From Phoronis australis (taxonomy: Eukaryota > Animalia > Phoronida), in the NCBI GenBank assembly GCA_002633005.1, contig NMRA01000327.1, positions 195,632 to 259,631 on the forward strand: a DNA stretch of 64,000 bases, given 5' to 3'. The notes beneath the pieces were generated by a model. That model was given only the letters and a program-made list of their open reading frames with translations. It was not told the DNA's origin and ran no database searches. Shown piece by piece: positions 38,551-51,790 of the stretch (positions are counted from its first letter, which is position 1; each line of letters starts with the position of its first letter). The position numbers and the translations under genes were made by a program.

Positions 38551-41500
38551 GGTTTTGGAGATGCAGCAGCAGATGCTGCAAGGACGAGGATGACAGGATC
38601 ATACATCCACATTATACAGAAAAATGTAGGTTCATAAAAAGGAAGGTTTATAAAAAGGAAGCAGACTGTTGCCGCAACCACCACACAGGTGTTGACAATC
38701 CTGGTCCATTGAGTTGTCTGTTCATGATGAACCAAGTGTGTCTATTGAGAACACGTTGCTGTAGAGCTGTTGCCCAAGGAGGTGTGCCTTTTCAAATCAT
38801 AATTTAAGGATATTTGTTACCTTGATCCTATCCCTTAAAGAGAAAAGACTGAATTGCACAGGAGCAAGTTTCAGTCGCAGGCCATTTAAGCGAGCAAGTT
38901 TCCCTCCAGTCAAAAAACTACGATAGACATCTTGAAAACCCATCAGGATTAGAACACACCTATGCAAGAACTCTCATTTCAACACATGTTTACTTCTCAA
39001 GGTGAAACAGCATGCAGTCCAAGAAGGAAAAGCCCATGTTCCACTAACTTTCTAGTTTAAGAATAGCCAAACCAACAATATCTAAATATCAGGTCTAGTC
39101 ACTAACTGCAGCACTGCAGCATCTTACCATGAGGGTTCTTCATCTCCAACTGAACATCTATTATTCAAGAATAACAAAAAGTGATACAACATCTTAATTG
39201 TTTGTTTGAGATAGATTGTACTACTTATATATTCATGTACACCTATCTACTCTTTACCGCAAAACATGTCAAGCAGAAAAACACCACAATTATATGGTAA
39301 TGAGGATACAAAGTGATAAGCAAAAAAGTCGAGATGTCAGTAATGAGAGTGGCTCACAAAGGGTTTGCATGGGATCTGGTTCACAGACCCCAAGGTTCAT
39401 TGAGGTTCAATTCATCAGTTGAATGTCTTCATTTTAGGCTAGAGTTTGACACATGCATTTAGATAATTTGAAGTGACAACAAAAACACTTGACACTTGGC
39501 CAATCATTGGACAGTACAAAGTTAAAAAGATAATCAATGATAAATAACACAACAATTTTTTCGACCATGTTTTCAATTACAAACATCTTGTGAAATTAAA
39601 CAAGGTTCAAGTCTAAAACAAACTATAACACATGCTTTTCACAACAAATGTCTTACTTACAAACATGGCACAGATCATAACTATTATCCACTTTTTCATC
39701 TTTTAAACTATTTCTTGAGGACATTTAATGTCACATCGATTTTGTTTAAGTAATATGACTGCTATCTTGGGACATGCCATTTCACACAATGCCAAGGTAA
39801 CTGTTTATGACTGAATATCAATACACAACTATTGAACAATGTAGGTAAAAATGCCAACTTTTAATGTAACATGTCCCATCACACTTAGGTTTTTGTAATT
39901 CCAACACTCAAATGACACCAATGCTTTGTTCATTAGTCGTTCAAAAGAACCAAAATTTGATGAACATTATTTTCATACAACACTCTCCGACTTTCATAAA
40001 AAAGTAGAATGTTCAACTATAAAAAAGTACGCTCGTTACATGTGCATGCACCACTAGCTTGACTTTTGGTTTGGTAATGTGACATCTTTTAGGAAATGGT
40101 TACAACTTCGATGAAGCAAAAGCTGCTCAGAATTTCGGTTGCTGGTGATGAAATGCTCATAACTACTGACAAATTGCAACCACTTCTGATAGTTATTTGA
40201 AAACTGCAAAACTTGTGAAATTAGAGCAATGGATCGCAAAATTGGTGAAAAAAAACTGACCAAGAGATGGTACTCGATTTCATGATGCTTCAAGTTGACA
40301 CATATAATTGCTCCACAAATTTAATTGCAGAATAATGGACTAACGGCATTGTTATCACGCTGCTACCAAAGTACATTTACTTCATTTACTGCAAGGGAAA
40401 GTTTAATGACATCAATTTTGAGTCAGATTTTGTTTTGCTCACTTTTTATCCAGATCATTACAAAGTTGTATATAGTTTAGCACTAAAGCTAGTGTCCAAC
40501 GTATTTATTTAATTTTGCGACAGTCACAAAACCCCACCCTAAGTCGTTAAATAAGACCAGCATTAAAACACTTCTAGTTTTTATGGTCATACTGCATGGT
40601 TAAAATGTACACACATCTTACTCACCCTGACTCTAACATACTCCATATATCAAGACAAGTGTACAAATGTGTGTTAGTGTTCACAAACATGTGAGTGTGT
40701 ATGTGCAACTGTTTTGATTTGATGGATTGTGATACAAATGAATGTTTTTCAAATTTCTCACCAAAACAATATTAGCCAATTATGATCTTCACTTGAACTG
40801 TGGATTCGGTAAAAGTTTCTTTTATTTGCAGGATTTAAAAACAAAAAAATCATTATATGCACAATTAGCAAAGAAGTACAGCACTAGAATATTACAAAAA
40901 CTGCTACAAAGTAAACCCGCCATCAAGACACACTGCATTAGAAGTCATTCCAACGAATAAAAGTTAAAGGTCTGCACTTCTATTTCCCATCACCATAACA
41001 AAATAATAAGTACGTGAACCATGCATGCACCGAGTAATGTCCTTACTAAAACACAACATGACGTCAAGGCTATATAACCAAGGTTTCACATTTACAAGAA
41101 AGATCCCTGAAACACGCTGACCAGGTCGTTTCTTACCTTGATTAGTTTTTTCGTCCTGGGAGCCGTCCATTCCTGAGCACAGCAGTTTAAAGAGAAAGAC
41201 AAGTTACAAGAAGCCTGCAGGCACTGTTGACTACATATAATCAAGTGATGAACACAGACATTAGCATCAGTAGACTGCCTTGTAGCAATTAACTACTAGC
41301 AACTTCCCTATCCATGATGACTGAGTGAAGGCAACTGGTGATTAGTCAGATCCACTTTGATGACTGTCTGGCTATTGTGTCTAGGAGATACTAACTTTCA
41401 ACTGACACAGAGTAATCAATAATAATTACGTTCAAGGTCTATATGCTTTCATTACAACTTAGACTTGGGTTCAGATATTTTATTTAGAGCTTCATACATG

Positions 41501-43672
41501 AAATCAATAAATAGCCATGAAAAAAGTGCTTTTCTAAAAATTCAAAACCTTGAAAAATGAACAAACAATTCTTCCGAGCATGCTAATAGTGCTTGTGTGC
41601 GTGCGTGTTTGTCTCACATTACTGAATTCAGTGTCATGAAAAGTTAATGAATTAGCAAATTAATCCTTAAAAGAACTGTTCAGTAAGACTGAAGACTGAA
41701 TTATTTACATGGGTGTTGTAAGATTACCCACATACCATAGGCTGAGTCCACGGCCACACCTATACGGCTATACCAGTAAAAAATTCCTTAATTTTTGCAC
41801 ATTGACAGAACTACACGTTTATAGGAAATCACAGAAATCTTGAATTTTAGAAATTTAGATGTTTGGTACAATAATGCATAACGGTATGGGAATACGTTTA
41901 TCTAAGCAAAATTCTTTAAAATATTCAATTGGACAAACATAAAGTAATAAAAACACAAACAATAATGATAAAATATTAATAATAATAATAATAAATAGAT
42001 AAAGTAAAAACAAACACCTATTAAAAAAATGTAGTGAAACGCTTTGTTAACGAGAATGAGGTATTAAAGAGTAGTTACAGGTGAGCTGATCCATTGTGGT
42101 ATGGAGTGGAATTCCACAAAGGCATGGAGGATGAATAGAGGGCTCGCTCGACTGTACAACATCTTCACCCCTGAAGAAGATCTAAGAAGACAGCGGAGAG
42201 ATACGGATGAGTGGTGCCATGTATGCTGCGATGAACAGAAGTTGGAACTTGCTACTTGACGGACAACTTATGGACATCAGATAGAATGGAAGTTAAATGG
42301 CAACAGTTTAATGGAGACGGATTAATGCACACCACTGTGTTTAGAACCCTTTACTGCTTATTTAGCTCCAGTCAAAACAGTGATTGCAATAGTCCAGACA
42401 TGAGGTAATTAGCACATGGAAAAGCTTCTTGGACCAGGGTATCCAGAGTGATGGCTTAGTTTCCAAGGTGATTCAGCATTATGTGAACATGTCCAACATT
42501 GCAGAAGTTCTGGTTATGATAAAGTGTATGCCAATTCAGACGTAGTGAGATATTTATTCTTCAGAACACTAAAAAGTGAGGATTTGTATTTATAATGTGT
42601 TGGGTACGGTAAAGTCGCGTGATTTTCGGACGGTCCGCCATTTTCGACCAAGAATAAATATTTCCGAAATAAGTTTTTCATAGTCCACGAAATTCGTACA
42701 AGGTCCAAAAACTGTTTTTTAATGATCTTCGAACTTCGGACAATGTCATAAACGTCGGATTTTTGCCCCGCGACTTTCGGACAAGGAAAATTTTAGAAAC
42801 GCTTATTTGGGATCGACGCAACTCCCGTGTCACTAAAGCGTTCAACGGATGATTACACTACTCTTTAAGGCTTGAATCTGAGAATTGGTGTAACGGGCGT
42901 TGTAATTTTTACCTTGTCTTGACGATGTCATGACCGTTACTCGATTGTCTTGCGTTTAGCTTGTGTTTGGCGCTTTAGCTATGGAAAGAGTCACGGAGTC
43001 CCGCATGACGAAAATTTCTGATGAAAATACAAATGGGAAATACACGGAAGGCTGCAGTTTTTCGTTGTAGCGTAACATGTGCTCTGGTTTAATTAGACCG
43101 TGTTGTTCGACTTCGGACTGTGACATTGAACTTGCACGCCTGACATCAACTTGCGTGTTTACGAAACGTTTATATTTTTAAAACGTCCTGGCCTTTGCAA
43201 ATGCCCTTGTTAGTGGCTAAAATCTCCGGCGACGTGTCCCGATTTTATTCTTGACGTGATGAGAAATATTTTTTGTTTAGGCCCCCATTCACAATATGCC
43301 ACAGCTAAGTCTGTCCGTAGGATATCGCGCATTCAAAGTAGTGTAGATAGTGAACAGCAGCAGCCGAATGAGACGGAGCCAAAGTAAAGCTGGTTAAAAA
43401 TCAAACATAGTGCAAGGCCCAGCACTCAGAAAGGGGCGCGGCGCACACGCAATTGTTACAGAGACGTTGCATCCCTGTCCTATGTTGTGTAAGTGCCGGT
43501 GTGCTATAACACATATCAAAAACTAATGTACATCCACGTAACCACGTTTCATTACCCTTACAAATTGTCTGTTGCTCTCTGATAAGCATCGCAGATGCAA
43601 GAATCTCGCTAAAGAAGATAGTGTGATCGTGTGCTTCGTTTGCAATGCCTCACCAAACGTCTCGACGTCTTN

Positions 43673-43771
43673 AGGGAGGGAGGGAGAGGGAGGGAGGGAG
43701 GGAGGAAAGGAGGGAGGGGAGAGGGATGGAAGGGGAGGGATGGAAGCGAAGAGGGAGGGAGGGAGGAAGGG
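43673..43771. repeat. Purine-rich (GGGA/GGAA) microsatellite next to an N gap
   Basis: Direct inspection. Confidence 0.85.
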
Positions 43772-43779
43772 CAAAAGAA

Positions 43780-45200
43780 AAAACCTCTTAAAGGAGAAGC
43801 TTCAAATAGAGGATGACATCTGCATCGAACAAACTCAATGACTTGGTGGATGCCATGAAGGAAAAAAGCCAAAATTAGCTCAAAAAACAAACAAAAAGTT
43901 CTGAAGAAATGTAAGATTACCTAGCCAAAACTATACAACACAGAAGATTTCACCGCCAAAATCAAACAAGCCCACACTAAACTCTATGCGTTTTCCCAGG
44001 AGAAAAGTTTGGAAAACTGAATATCTTCCAATAAACTTATGAAACAGAAAGGTGTTCATTTTCTAGGACGGGAAAAATGAAGTTAGTGAAATAAAGAAGC
44101 CAGGAAACACATCTCGTTTTTGTGCTGGAATGTTGAAGGTCTGCAAAGTATGTTGCAGTCTAACAACAGTGCAGTGTTCTACCAAAAGAAACTGGTAAAC
44201 ACCACATCATAGGTTGTGTTGAAACTTTTCAATAGGAATGTTTTCTCATACAGGCTGAGTTGGACAATGTGTTACAAAACACTTGCCCAACAGGTAAGTA
44301 AAGCCCTAAATTTAGTCAAGTCTTATTTACACAAAATGGGACCAATCAGAAATGTAAAAATAGCATTTAGATTATTGATTCTATGGTGGCAACCAGTCTG
44401 TTTGATGGTGCAGAATTATTGGGTACAACCTATAGGAAGGAAATAGAAAGTGTTCAGCTTGCATTTTGTAAATGGTTATTATGTACAGGTATCAAGACAA
44501 TAAATGCTATTGCAAAAGGTGAATGTGGGCGTTTCAATTTGTGTATTATATATGTGCAAACCGGTCAAGTAATATTTGAAACTGTGGACAATGAATGATG
44601 ATAGAATGCCCAGACAATGTTACATAATGCAAAACGATTTGAAAGGTCAAAAGAATTGGTGAATCTTAGTGAAAAGTATATCATTTACGACTGGGTTTGA
44701 CTGCAACAAGGATGAAATGAACTTTTTAATTTCTTTTAAGCAGACTTAGGGATATGACTTTTCAATTGTTGTATCCTTTGCTTGCAAATATGGATAAATG
44801 TGATTTTTGCCATTTAATTAAATATGAATTAACATTTGAAATGTATTTATGTGGTAGCCTGTTTTTAAATCAAACACTTGCAATAGCAAATTTGAGGTGA
44901 TTGACACATCATCTTATGACTGAGTTGGGTAGAAAAAACAATGTACCTAGACCAGAAAGAATTTGTAAAACTTGTAATACCGGTGAAATTCAAATGAGAT
45001 ACACTTTTCATTTGATTGTCCTGTCCTTGCACACCTACCGATCACCACGTATTGTTAGAAATAGAAACATTAAGGCACATTTAGGTTCAGATTCTAAGCA
45101 TGTTTTTAGAAATACATCATCCTTCATTCAACAAGCAATGGTAATTAGGAGCGAAATGATGAGTATTTGATAAATTGCCAAAAGTATAGTGTCTGTATAT
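43780..45200 (+). mobile_element. Decayed non-LTR retrotransposon (LINE) remnant
   Basis: CWNVEGL (start of an APE endonuclease) at ~44123; thumb-like IESVQLAFCKWLL...GECGR; C-terminal TELGR...PRPERICKTC...HF..CP Cys/His motif; many frameshifts. Confidence 0.7.
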
Positions 45201-45541
45201 TAATAATGAACTGTGGGCCAATGACCCTATGAGCCTTAGCGTAGGCAACTCCAGCATTCCTATTTCCATGAGTCTGACTCAGATGCGCTACATGAAGCCA
45301 TTTATAAAAGGGTCTTCCATAATAATGTCAATGAGTCGATGTTTTGGGAAGTTGCGGTCAGTATGAACTGTTAACTTCGGTCCTGGATCGAAGTTAACAG
45401 CACCAGTTAACTTCGCACTAAACAGGTGGATATCATTTAACAGCGGAGCGTCGATGCTGTGGTGCAGTATGAAAGGTCAACTTTGGTCCCATCGAAGTTA
45501 TTGCAGGCGTCATTCTTATCGTCAACAATATAAAGTGATTA

Positions 45542-45754
45542 CCGTAAACGTTCGGGTTAACGCCCTGGGCGGTTAAATTGGCAAACCCAAAAAATCGGGG
45601 GTGGGCGGTTAACCAAGAGGTGGGCGCTTAACTGGAAATCTTCAAAATTCGCAGGGGGGCGCTTAACCGAGCAGTGGGCGGTTAAATCGAAAATCCACCT
45701 AAAGTAGGGGGTGGGCGGTTAACTGAGCATGGGCGTTAACCCGAACGTTTACGG
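45542..45754. mobile_element. 213-bp Tc1/mariner-superfamily MITE
   Basis: Perfect 24-bp TIR CCGTAAACGTTCGGGTTAACGCCC with TA on both sides; internal GGGCG(G/C)TTAA repeats. Confidence 0.85.
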
Positions 45755-46259
45755 TAGTTCAAAGCTATTTAGTTGTAGTTAATATGTATACACAAGTACT
45801 CACTGTTAATAAAGTTGGCTTATAAACCACATTTCTTTTTATTTCATACCCCACATTCTTCTATTATTCGTTTAAAACACTCCCACTTTCCCACAAAATT
45901 TTAAGGGCTATCTTCCAAGTCCCATCAGGAACTTGATCACTGCCCGCCAGGAGTCTGCCCATAGGTTTGTACTGGGACTATCTGGCACAAAGGAATCTTT
46001 CTGTTTGTTAGAATCAGTTTATTACGCAACTTTTGCCCATCAATTCTTTGAAAAGTGACACATATGTGCATGGTCTTGTGTGCTGCCATAAACATGTTAC
46101 AGTAGTTAGTGGGGACATGACCACATTGTAGAGTCAGTCCACAGCAAAGAGGAGTACTTTGTTTTTTCAAATTTAGAATGTAGAAAATAAATCCGAAAGT
46201 AAATAAGACGATCCAGATCCTCTCAAGGATACTATTATTTCACGAAATGTAGAATATAC

Positions 46260-46520
46260 ATATGTAAATAAAACAACAAGAATGGATCAACTGAAATTTT
46301 TGGATATAATAACATCCTTTGCCAACACTAACAGAAATAAAGTAAAATCAAACACTATATGACAATTGACATTTAAGATGTGGCGTAATGAATATGATAC
46401 ATCTTAAATGTCAACTGTCATATAGTGTTTGATTTTACTTTATTTCTGTTACTGTTGACAAAGGATGTTATTATATCCGAAAATTTCAGTTGATAAATTC
46501 TTGTTGTTTTATTTACATAT
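46260..46520. repeat. AT-rich near-perfect hairpin, ~122-bp arms and 17-nt loop
   Basis: ATATGTAAATAAAACAACAAG...TTAAGATGT and ACATCTTAA...CTTGTTGTTTTATTTACATAT with few mismatches. Confidence 0.9.
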
Positions 46521-46670
46521 TTCTAGTTTAGACAGATTTTTAGATTTAATTTATCACAAACAAAACTGACAATAAAATTGATATAAACAGGCGACAAAAA
46601 TGAAGATTTTACAATATGCATATAATAAACATGTGCAGTGAAACAATTCCTCGAACATAAGTGACACCTG

Positions 46671-47213
46671 AAGCGTGTTCAATAGAGTGAGCGCCCGCGA
46701 GCGATTTGAGCGCCCTCGTCCTGAACAGCTGTGTTCACGTTAGCGCTCGCGAGCGCTCGCGAACAACCTCGAGAGCATGTTCGCTTAAAATTCCAAGATG
46801 GCGTCTTGCGAAGGCTTCACGTCTGCAACATATGAACCCATTATGATTCTGCAACACGAAAACTAACCTCAAAAGTTGACCGACTCATCCGAAACTGCGA
46901 CTTAAATTGCGGGTCGCTGTAGCGAGGTACAGTTTCCTCGACGTAATTTTCGATTCTTGTCGAGCCAAACTCTTCACGGTTGTTGTCTTAGGGCTGCCGA
47001 TATTAATAATTATTGGCAAAGATTAATCATATTTATCACTCAGTACGCCATAGGAAGGACTGTTAGTGTTAAGCTCATCGTCTAAGACGTTCAACACAAT
47101 CTGCTTCAAAGTTGCTTTACTGGATCGCACAGTGAGCGCTCACAGCTGTTCAGGAGCTGTTCCTTGTGTTCGCGAGTACACGCTAGCGGGCGCTCACTCT
47201 GTTGAACACGCTT
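46671..47213. mobile_element. PIF/Harbinger-like MITE with CTG target duplication
   Basis: TIR AAGCGTGTTCAA(T/C)AGAGTGAGCGCCCGC at both ends; CTG on both flanks. Confidence 0.75.
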
Positions 47214-48764
47214 CTGTAGTCTTAGCTGTCCACACACAGACATACCCTAGAAAAAGTTACTCCTGGAACAGTTGTTGCTAGGTTTGAGTGCTATTTAAAG
47301 TTACCCCATTTGTGACAACTTACTCTAACTTGTTCTAGAGTAACTTGCGTCCCTTGTAATCGCTGTGTGGGTGCAAAAGTAGGGCAGAAGTAATTATCAG
47401 CTGCGGTTATATACAGACCCATTGGTATTAGGGCGTTCCTTGTCACGACAACTTCCGCCTTACCCTAGTTATCGGATATGTATGTGTGTGTGTGTGTGTG
47501 TGCGCGCGCGCGTGTGTTCCACTTAAAGTGGGGTAAGCTGCACTAGTACAAGTTGCTCTAGGTTAGGCTGTGTGAAGACAAAACATAAGTTAGGAAGACA
47601 GAATTGCAAACCTCAGCCATACACAGCTAGCAGGCGAATTAGAACATTGCCTGGGTAAAAACAACTTAAAAATATAAATCTTTGGAACAATGTGGGTAAA
47701 AAATGACCAAATTAAACCATTAAAACTACTTTTCCTTGAGTAAAGCAAATAGCTTACCGGTGTCGATAAAATTACCATTGTACCGTGAATCTGCTGCTAA
47801 ACCTATGGTGCAATGATATGTGTCGATTTTGAGCACAATGAAATTGACATAGAGCATCACCTATAAGTAAATTTCTCTTTTTGCCAATCAAACATCAACC
47901 AGACACTAAATTCGAACACCTTTTTTAAGTTTCATTTTCAGCATGGAAAGTGAAGTCCCACTCGTTGCCGACTTGTAGTGACCTTGACCCTGGCGGCATG
48001 AACTTCGGCAGGAGGTTTCAAACTTCAATAAAAATGTTGCAAAGAATTGTTTTTCCCAGGTTCATTGTTTATAATTTACTCAACAATGGCCATCAAACTA
48101 ATAAATACTTGTATCGTTATGGTTCTGAATTGTTTTTTCAAGGAATTGCTTAAACTACATTGATAATAAAAACTTCATGTTTGTCTTTTGTGGTACACTG
48201 GTGGAAGTGATGTCCAACTATTACACAGGCAATAAACATTGATTTGCATTTTACATCAAAATTTGTAGTGTTACCTTTTAAAATGGTTTACAGTCAATGT
48301 GTCAAGAAAAAAGGCTCCTGATAACTGACAAATTCATCAAATAACATTTTTGCTTAGATTGAAAATTAAAACTTCATAGTTTATCAGTAGTTTATAAGGG
48401 CGCGAAACTACGCAGCAGACCACAACCTTCTGGAGTAAATCCACTCCCAGAGGAGTAAACCAGCAATTTAATGGAGTAAACTGTGACAATTGTGGATTTC
48501 AACATTACCAAGAGGAAATGTACTCATGAGTAGGAAAAAGTGTGCCATGTGCAACAAGTGGAACTACTTTCCTTCAATTTGTTGGGCAAACCATGGTGTT
48601 GGATCCAGTTAATTCTATTGAAACTGGCCCTGAAGATCAAGCATTCGTTAGATTATGAGGTGGACCTGGTTGACAAGAGGTCAGATTTGATATCAATCCT
48701 GGTTTAACCACGAACATTTACCAAAACAGTATTCGATTAACTTGCCATTTACTTCACATCGACC

Positions 48765-48968
48765 TTGACTGTCCTATACCTGAGAGCATATGGTGGAGCA
48801 ACATTGACTGTAAATACCTGAGAGCATATGGTGGAGCAACATTGACTGTCTTATACCTGAGAGCATATGGTGGAGCAACATTGACTGTCTTATACCTGAG
48901 AGCATATGGTGGAGCAACATTGACTGTCCTATACCTGATAGCATATGGTGGAGCAACATTGACTGTCT
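48765..48968. repeat. 40-bp minisatellite, 5 units (TATACCTGAGAGCATATGGTGGAGCAACATTGACTGTC-like)
   Basis: Direct inspection; near-identical units. Confidence 0.9.
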
Positions 48969-49539
48969 ATCCATTTGATTAATGACCAAAGGCATACAAT
49001 ACACCAGGGACCAAGTGCACTACAACATTGTAGATATAACACAGATCACACCCAATTTCTGGTTATGGGGCAAATCTAAATTTCCAGTTAATCAAATTAA
49101 GTGAAGATGATTTCTAAGTTTTCCAAAACAACCCTAATGGCCAACAACAGAGAGGAGTTTCAAGGCTCAGAGTTAGATTTTGGGTGAATGCAACATCCAG
49201 CTGAAACCAGACGCCAGCTCTCTGCTTCACACACCTCCAGTGTCCCAGAGGCACTCTAGGACAGACAGACTGAGGAGTTAAAGCATTTGAGTGACAGCAA
49301 CATAACTGGTAAAGTTGGAAATTCCTCAAAATGGGCAGAATGGGTAAACTTGCCCCTCTAAGCTGAAAAGCCATCTATAGAACTGCCAAAGCTGAGTGGT
49401 ACTTAATTCTTTGCAAACTAAATTAGATGCAACCTCAGAGTATTGGACAATTAAATAGTCAGAGAAACTGTTGTTCCTGACAACATTTAATAAGCCATTC
49501 AGAAGATAAACCCATACCACATCTTGAGACTACCACTTG

Positions 49540-51790
49540 GTCATCTAAAAACAGATTGATGAGAGTTTTGAAGGACTTAATGGCATCATTGTAATTGTTG
49601 ATTACATACCGGTATTAGTGTTGAGACTCTACAGTTCAGAGCATGATGCCAATCTAAGACGAGTATTGCAAAGATGGCTTGAATGAAATATTCGTTTGAA
49701 AGATGAAATATTAGACTTTGCTATAAATTAAGTCCCATATTTTGGTTGTTTGATAACCAGTCAAGATTTGCGACCAAATCCATCAAAGACTGTACTGTAC
49801 CCAAATGAAACCGCCTGAGAATAAAGGTGAGCTTGAAACAAAACAAGGCACTGCAGGTAAATCACAATCAAGGTCCATATTCACCATTGTGTTACTGGCT
49901 AAAGTAATTTTTTTGACCACTTACCAATTGCCAACTGAATCTCATATGCAAAGGGTTATTTAGTTGTGCAAATTAAAAACAGAATCATCAAAATCTGACA
50001 ATGTTTGAAAAATTTATGCATGTTTTTGTTTGTTAATTTCATGCATTTTTAGTGTTACGAGTAGCCATTTTAAAAATTCCAATTTTCAACTCACCAGTAG
50101 CAAAGAAGTTAATTTTATTAAGTGAGCAATTGCTTTGATATGACTAGGAATAACTTGATTCACTTTCAGAATCACTTGGATGAAGTTGTGCTTAATCATT
50201 GAGAAATGGTAGGGTTCATCCTAAAACAGTAACTCATTACGAAATTAGTAAATTCTGTGTTTCTAACCCTCATCTACTGTAAAGTAGGTTAAAATGTAAA
50301 GTTCATATTCTGCAATAAAAAGAACTGCAAAATGTGTTAGCCTAGGTAACACAGCAAATTATTCAATATCTAAACGAACCAAAAATTTGGATATTGATTG
50401 GATTCTGCTATGTTGAAAAAGGGCCAAAAAGGCAAACAAAATGTAGTGTATGTACTCCCTAATGAAATTCAGCAACACAAATTGTGATTGCGAATAAAAT
50501 TATTACCTTTTAAATAACACCATGGTGCTTATTATCATCAAAGAAAAATAAATGACCATACAACATTACAACATTATGTTACCATGTGATGCAGAAACAG
50601 TGATGTAGTGTACGTACCCCTTTTGTAGTGTACATACCCTCATGTTAACAAATACCATGAAATTAAAACATTACTCGATAAGTGAGCAACATTGGTCAGA
50701 GACAGTTTCCACAAATGATACTTGTAGATTAAAAGGGTGTTTGTTATAAATACATTGTTTTGAGTGAAATATTGGCATTTGTGTAGTGTACGTACCCCTA
50801 TATTTTAATGAGTGCCTATTTTTAAAGAACGAAAGATATGCACATGAATGCTGTTTTTTTAATTTTTCTCTTTGAATACATTTATTAAATAAACTGACAC
50901 TCAGTAGATTCTTAGTATTTAGTTACAAACCTGACAGTTCTCCTTATACTGTGATAAGATATGCAATGCATCATCATCTAGATTAACTTGAGCAGCACGG
51001 TAATAATTTTTGTTACTTTAGTATGTGACACTTCTTCAATTTGATCAATAAGTTATTAAATTTGATCAATAAGTTATTAAATTAACAGCTACCTTATGAA
51101 TTTTTGCATGATAGAAGTGGGCTGTGACCATAAGTTGTAGTGTACGTACCATTTCATACAACTGTGATGCATCAGGCTATAACATTTTATTCGGTGGTTC
51201 TTGTGCAAAAATATTTTAGATTACAAACCTGGAATGATAGTACTTTAAAATAACCCAGCTTTTACAGTTATATGACAACCTTCATTTTCCACCAAAAGTG
51301 GCCACCGAATATGAACCTTGACTGTGATTTGCCCAATGATGAATTTATCTGTTGAAATTTGCCCCAAATTTTGCTGACATTAGTGGCCAAATGCACCAAC
51401 TGTTGCTAAGGGACACTGAATTTGTCTGAAACAATCAACACAAAAATCCTTCCATCAGGCTAAGAGGATGACCACTGAGACACTCATGCTTGCCATTTTG
51501 ATCCAAAAGGCTGTGACACTACAAATAGATGCATCATAATTAGGCTCAGGTGCGATCCTTCTACAGGAAGCAAACCCAGTTTCATACCCATCAAAGGCAT
51601 ATCAGCCAAAATCAACTACATATGAATTGAAAAAGAAATGCTTGCAAACATTGTTTTGATGAAAGCAGTCTACCAGCATGGTAGGAAAGTGTTAGGGGAT
51701 ACAAATCATTAGACAGTAGGGTGAAGGCACAGCTGAAAAGATAGGACTTGGAATTACATAATTTACCCTGGAAATTCCATTAGGAGACAC
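49540..51790 (+). mobile_element. Decayed Ty3/Gypsy LTR-retrotransposon pol remnant (RT and RNase H), interrupted at ~49855-51334
   Basis: QIDESFEGLNGIIVIVDYI (degenerate xxDD motif), EHDANLRRVLQR, VPYFG..IT...RPNPSK, MKPPENKGELET; after the insert KFAPNFADIS..., LQIDAS*LGSGAILLQE, IEKEMLA. Confidence 0.8.
49855..51334. mobile_element. ~1.48-kb non-autonomous DNA transposon nested in the Gypsy remnant
   Basis: 27-bp TIR GGTAAATCACAATCAAGGTCCATATTC and (reverse complement) GGCAAATCACAGTCAAGGTTCATATTC; five internal TGTAGTGTACGTACC-like motifs. Confidence 0.75.

Noticed and set aside
43523-43890. Pro-rich and Gly/Arg/Glu-rich ORFs
   Set aside because: Translations of a GGGA microsatellite spanning an N
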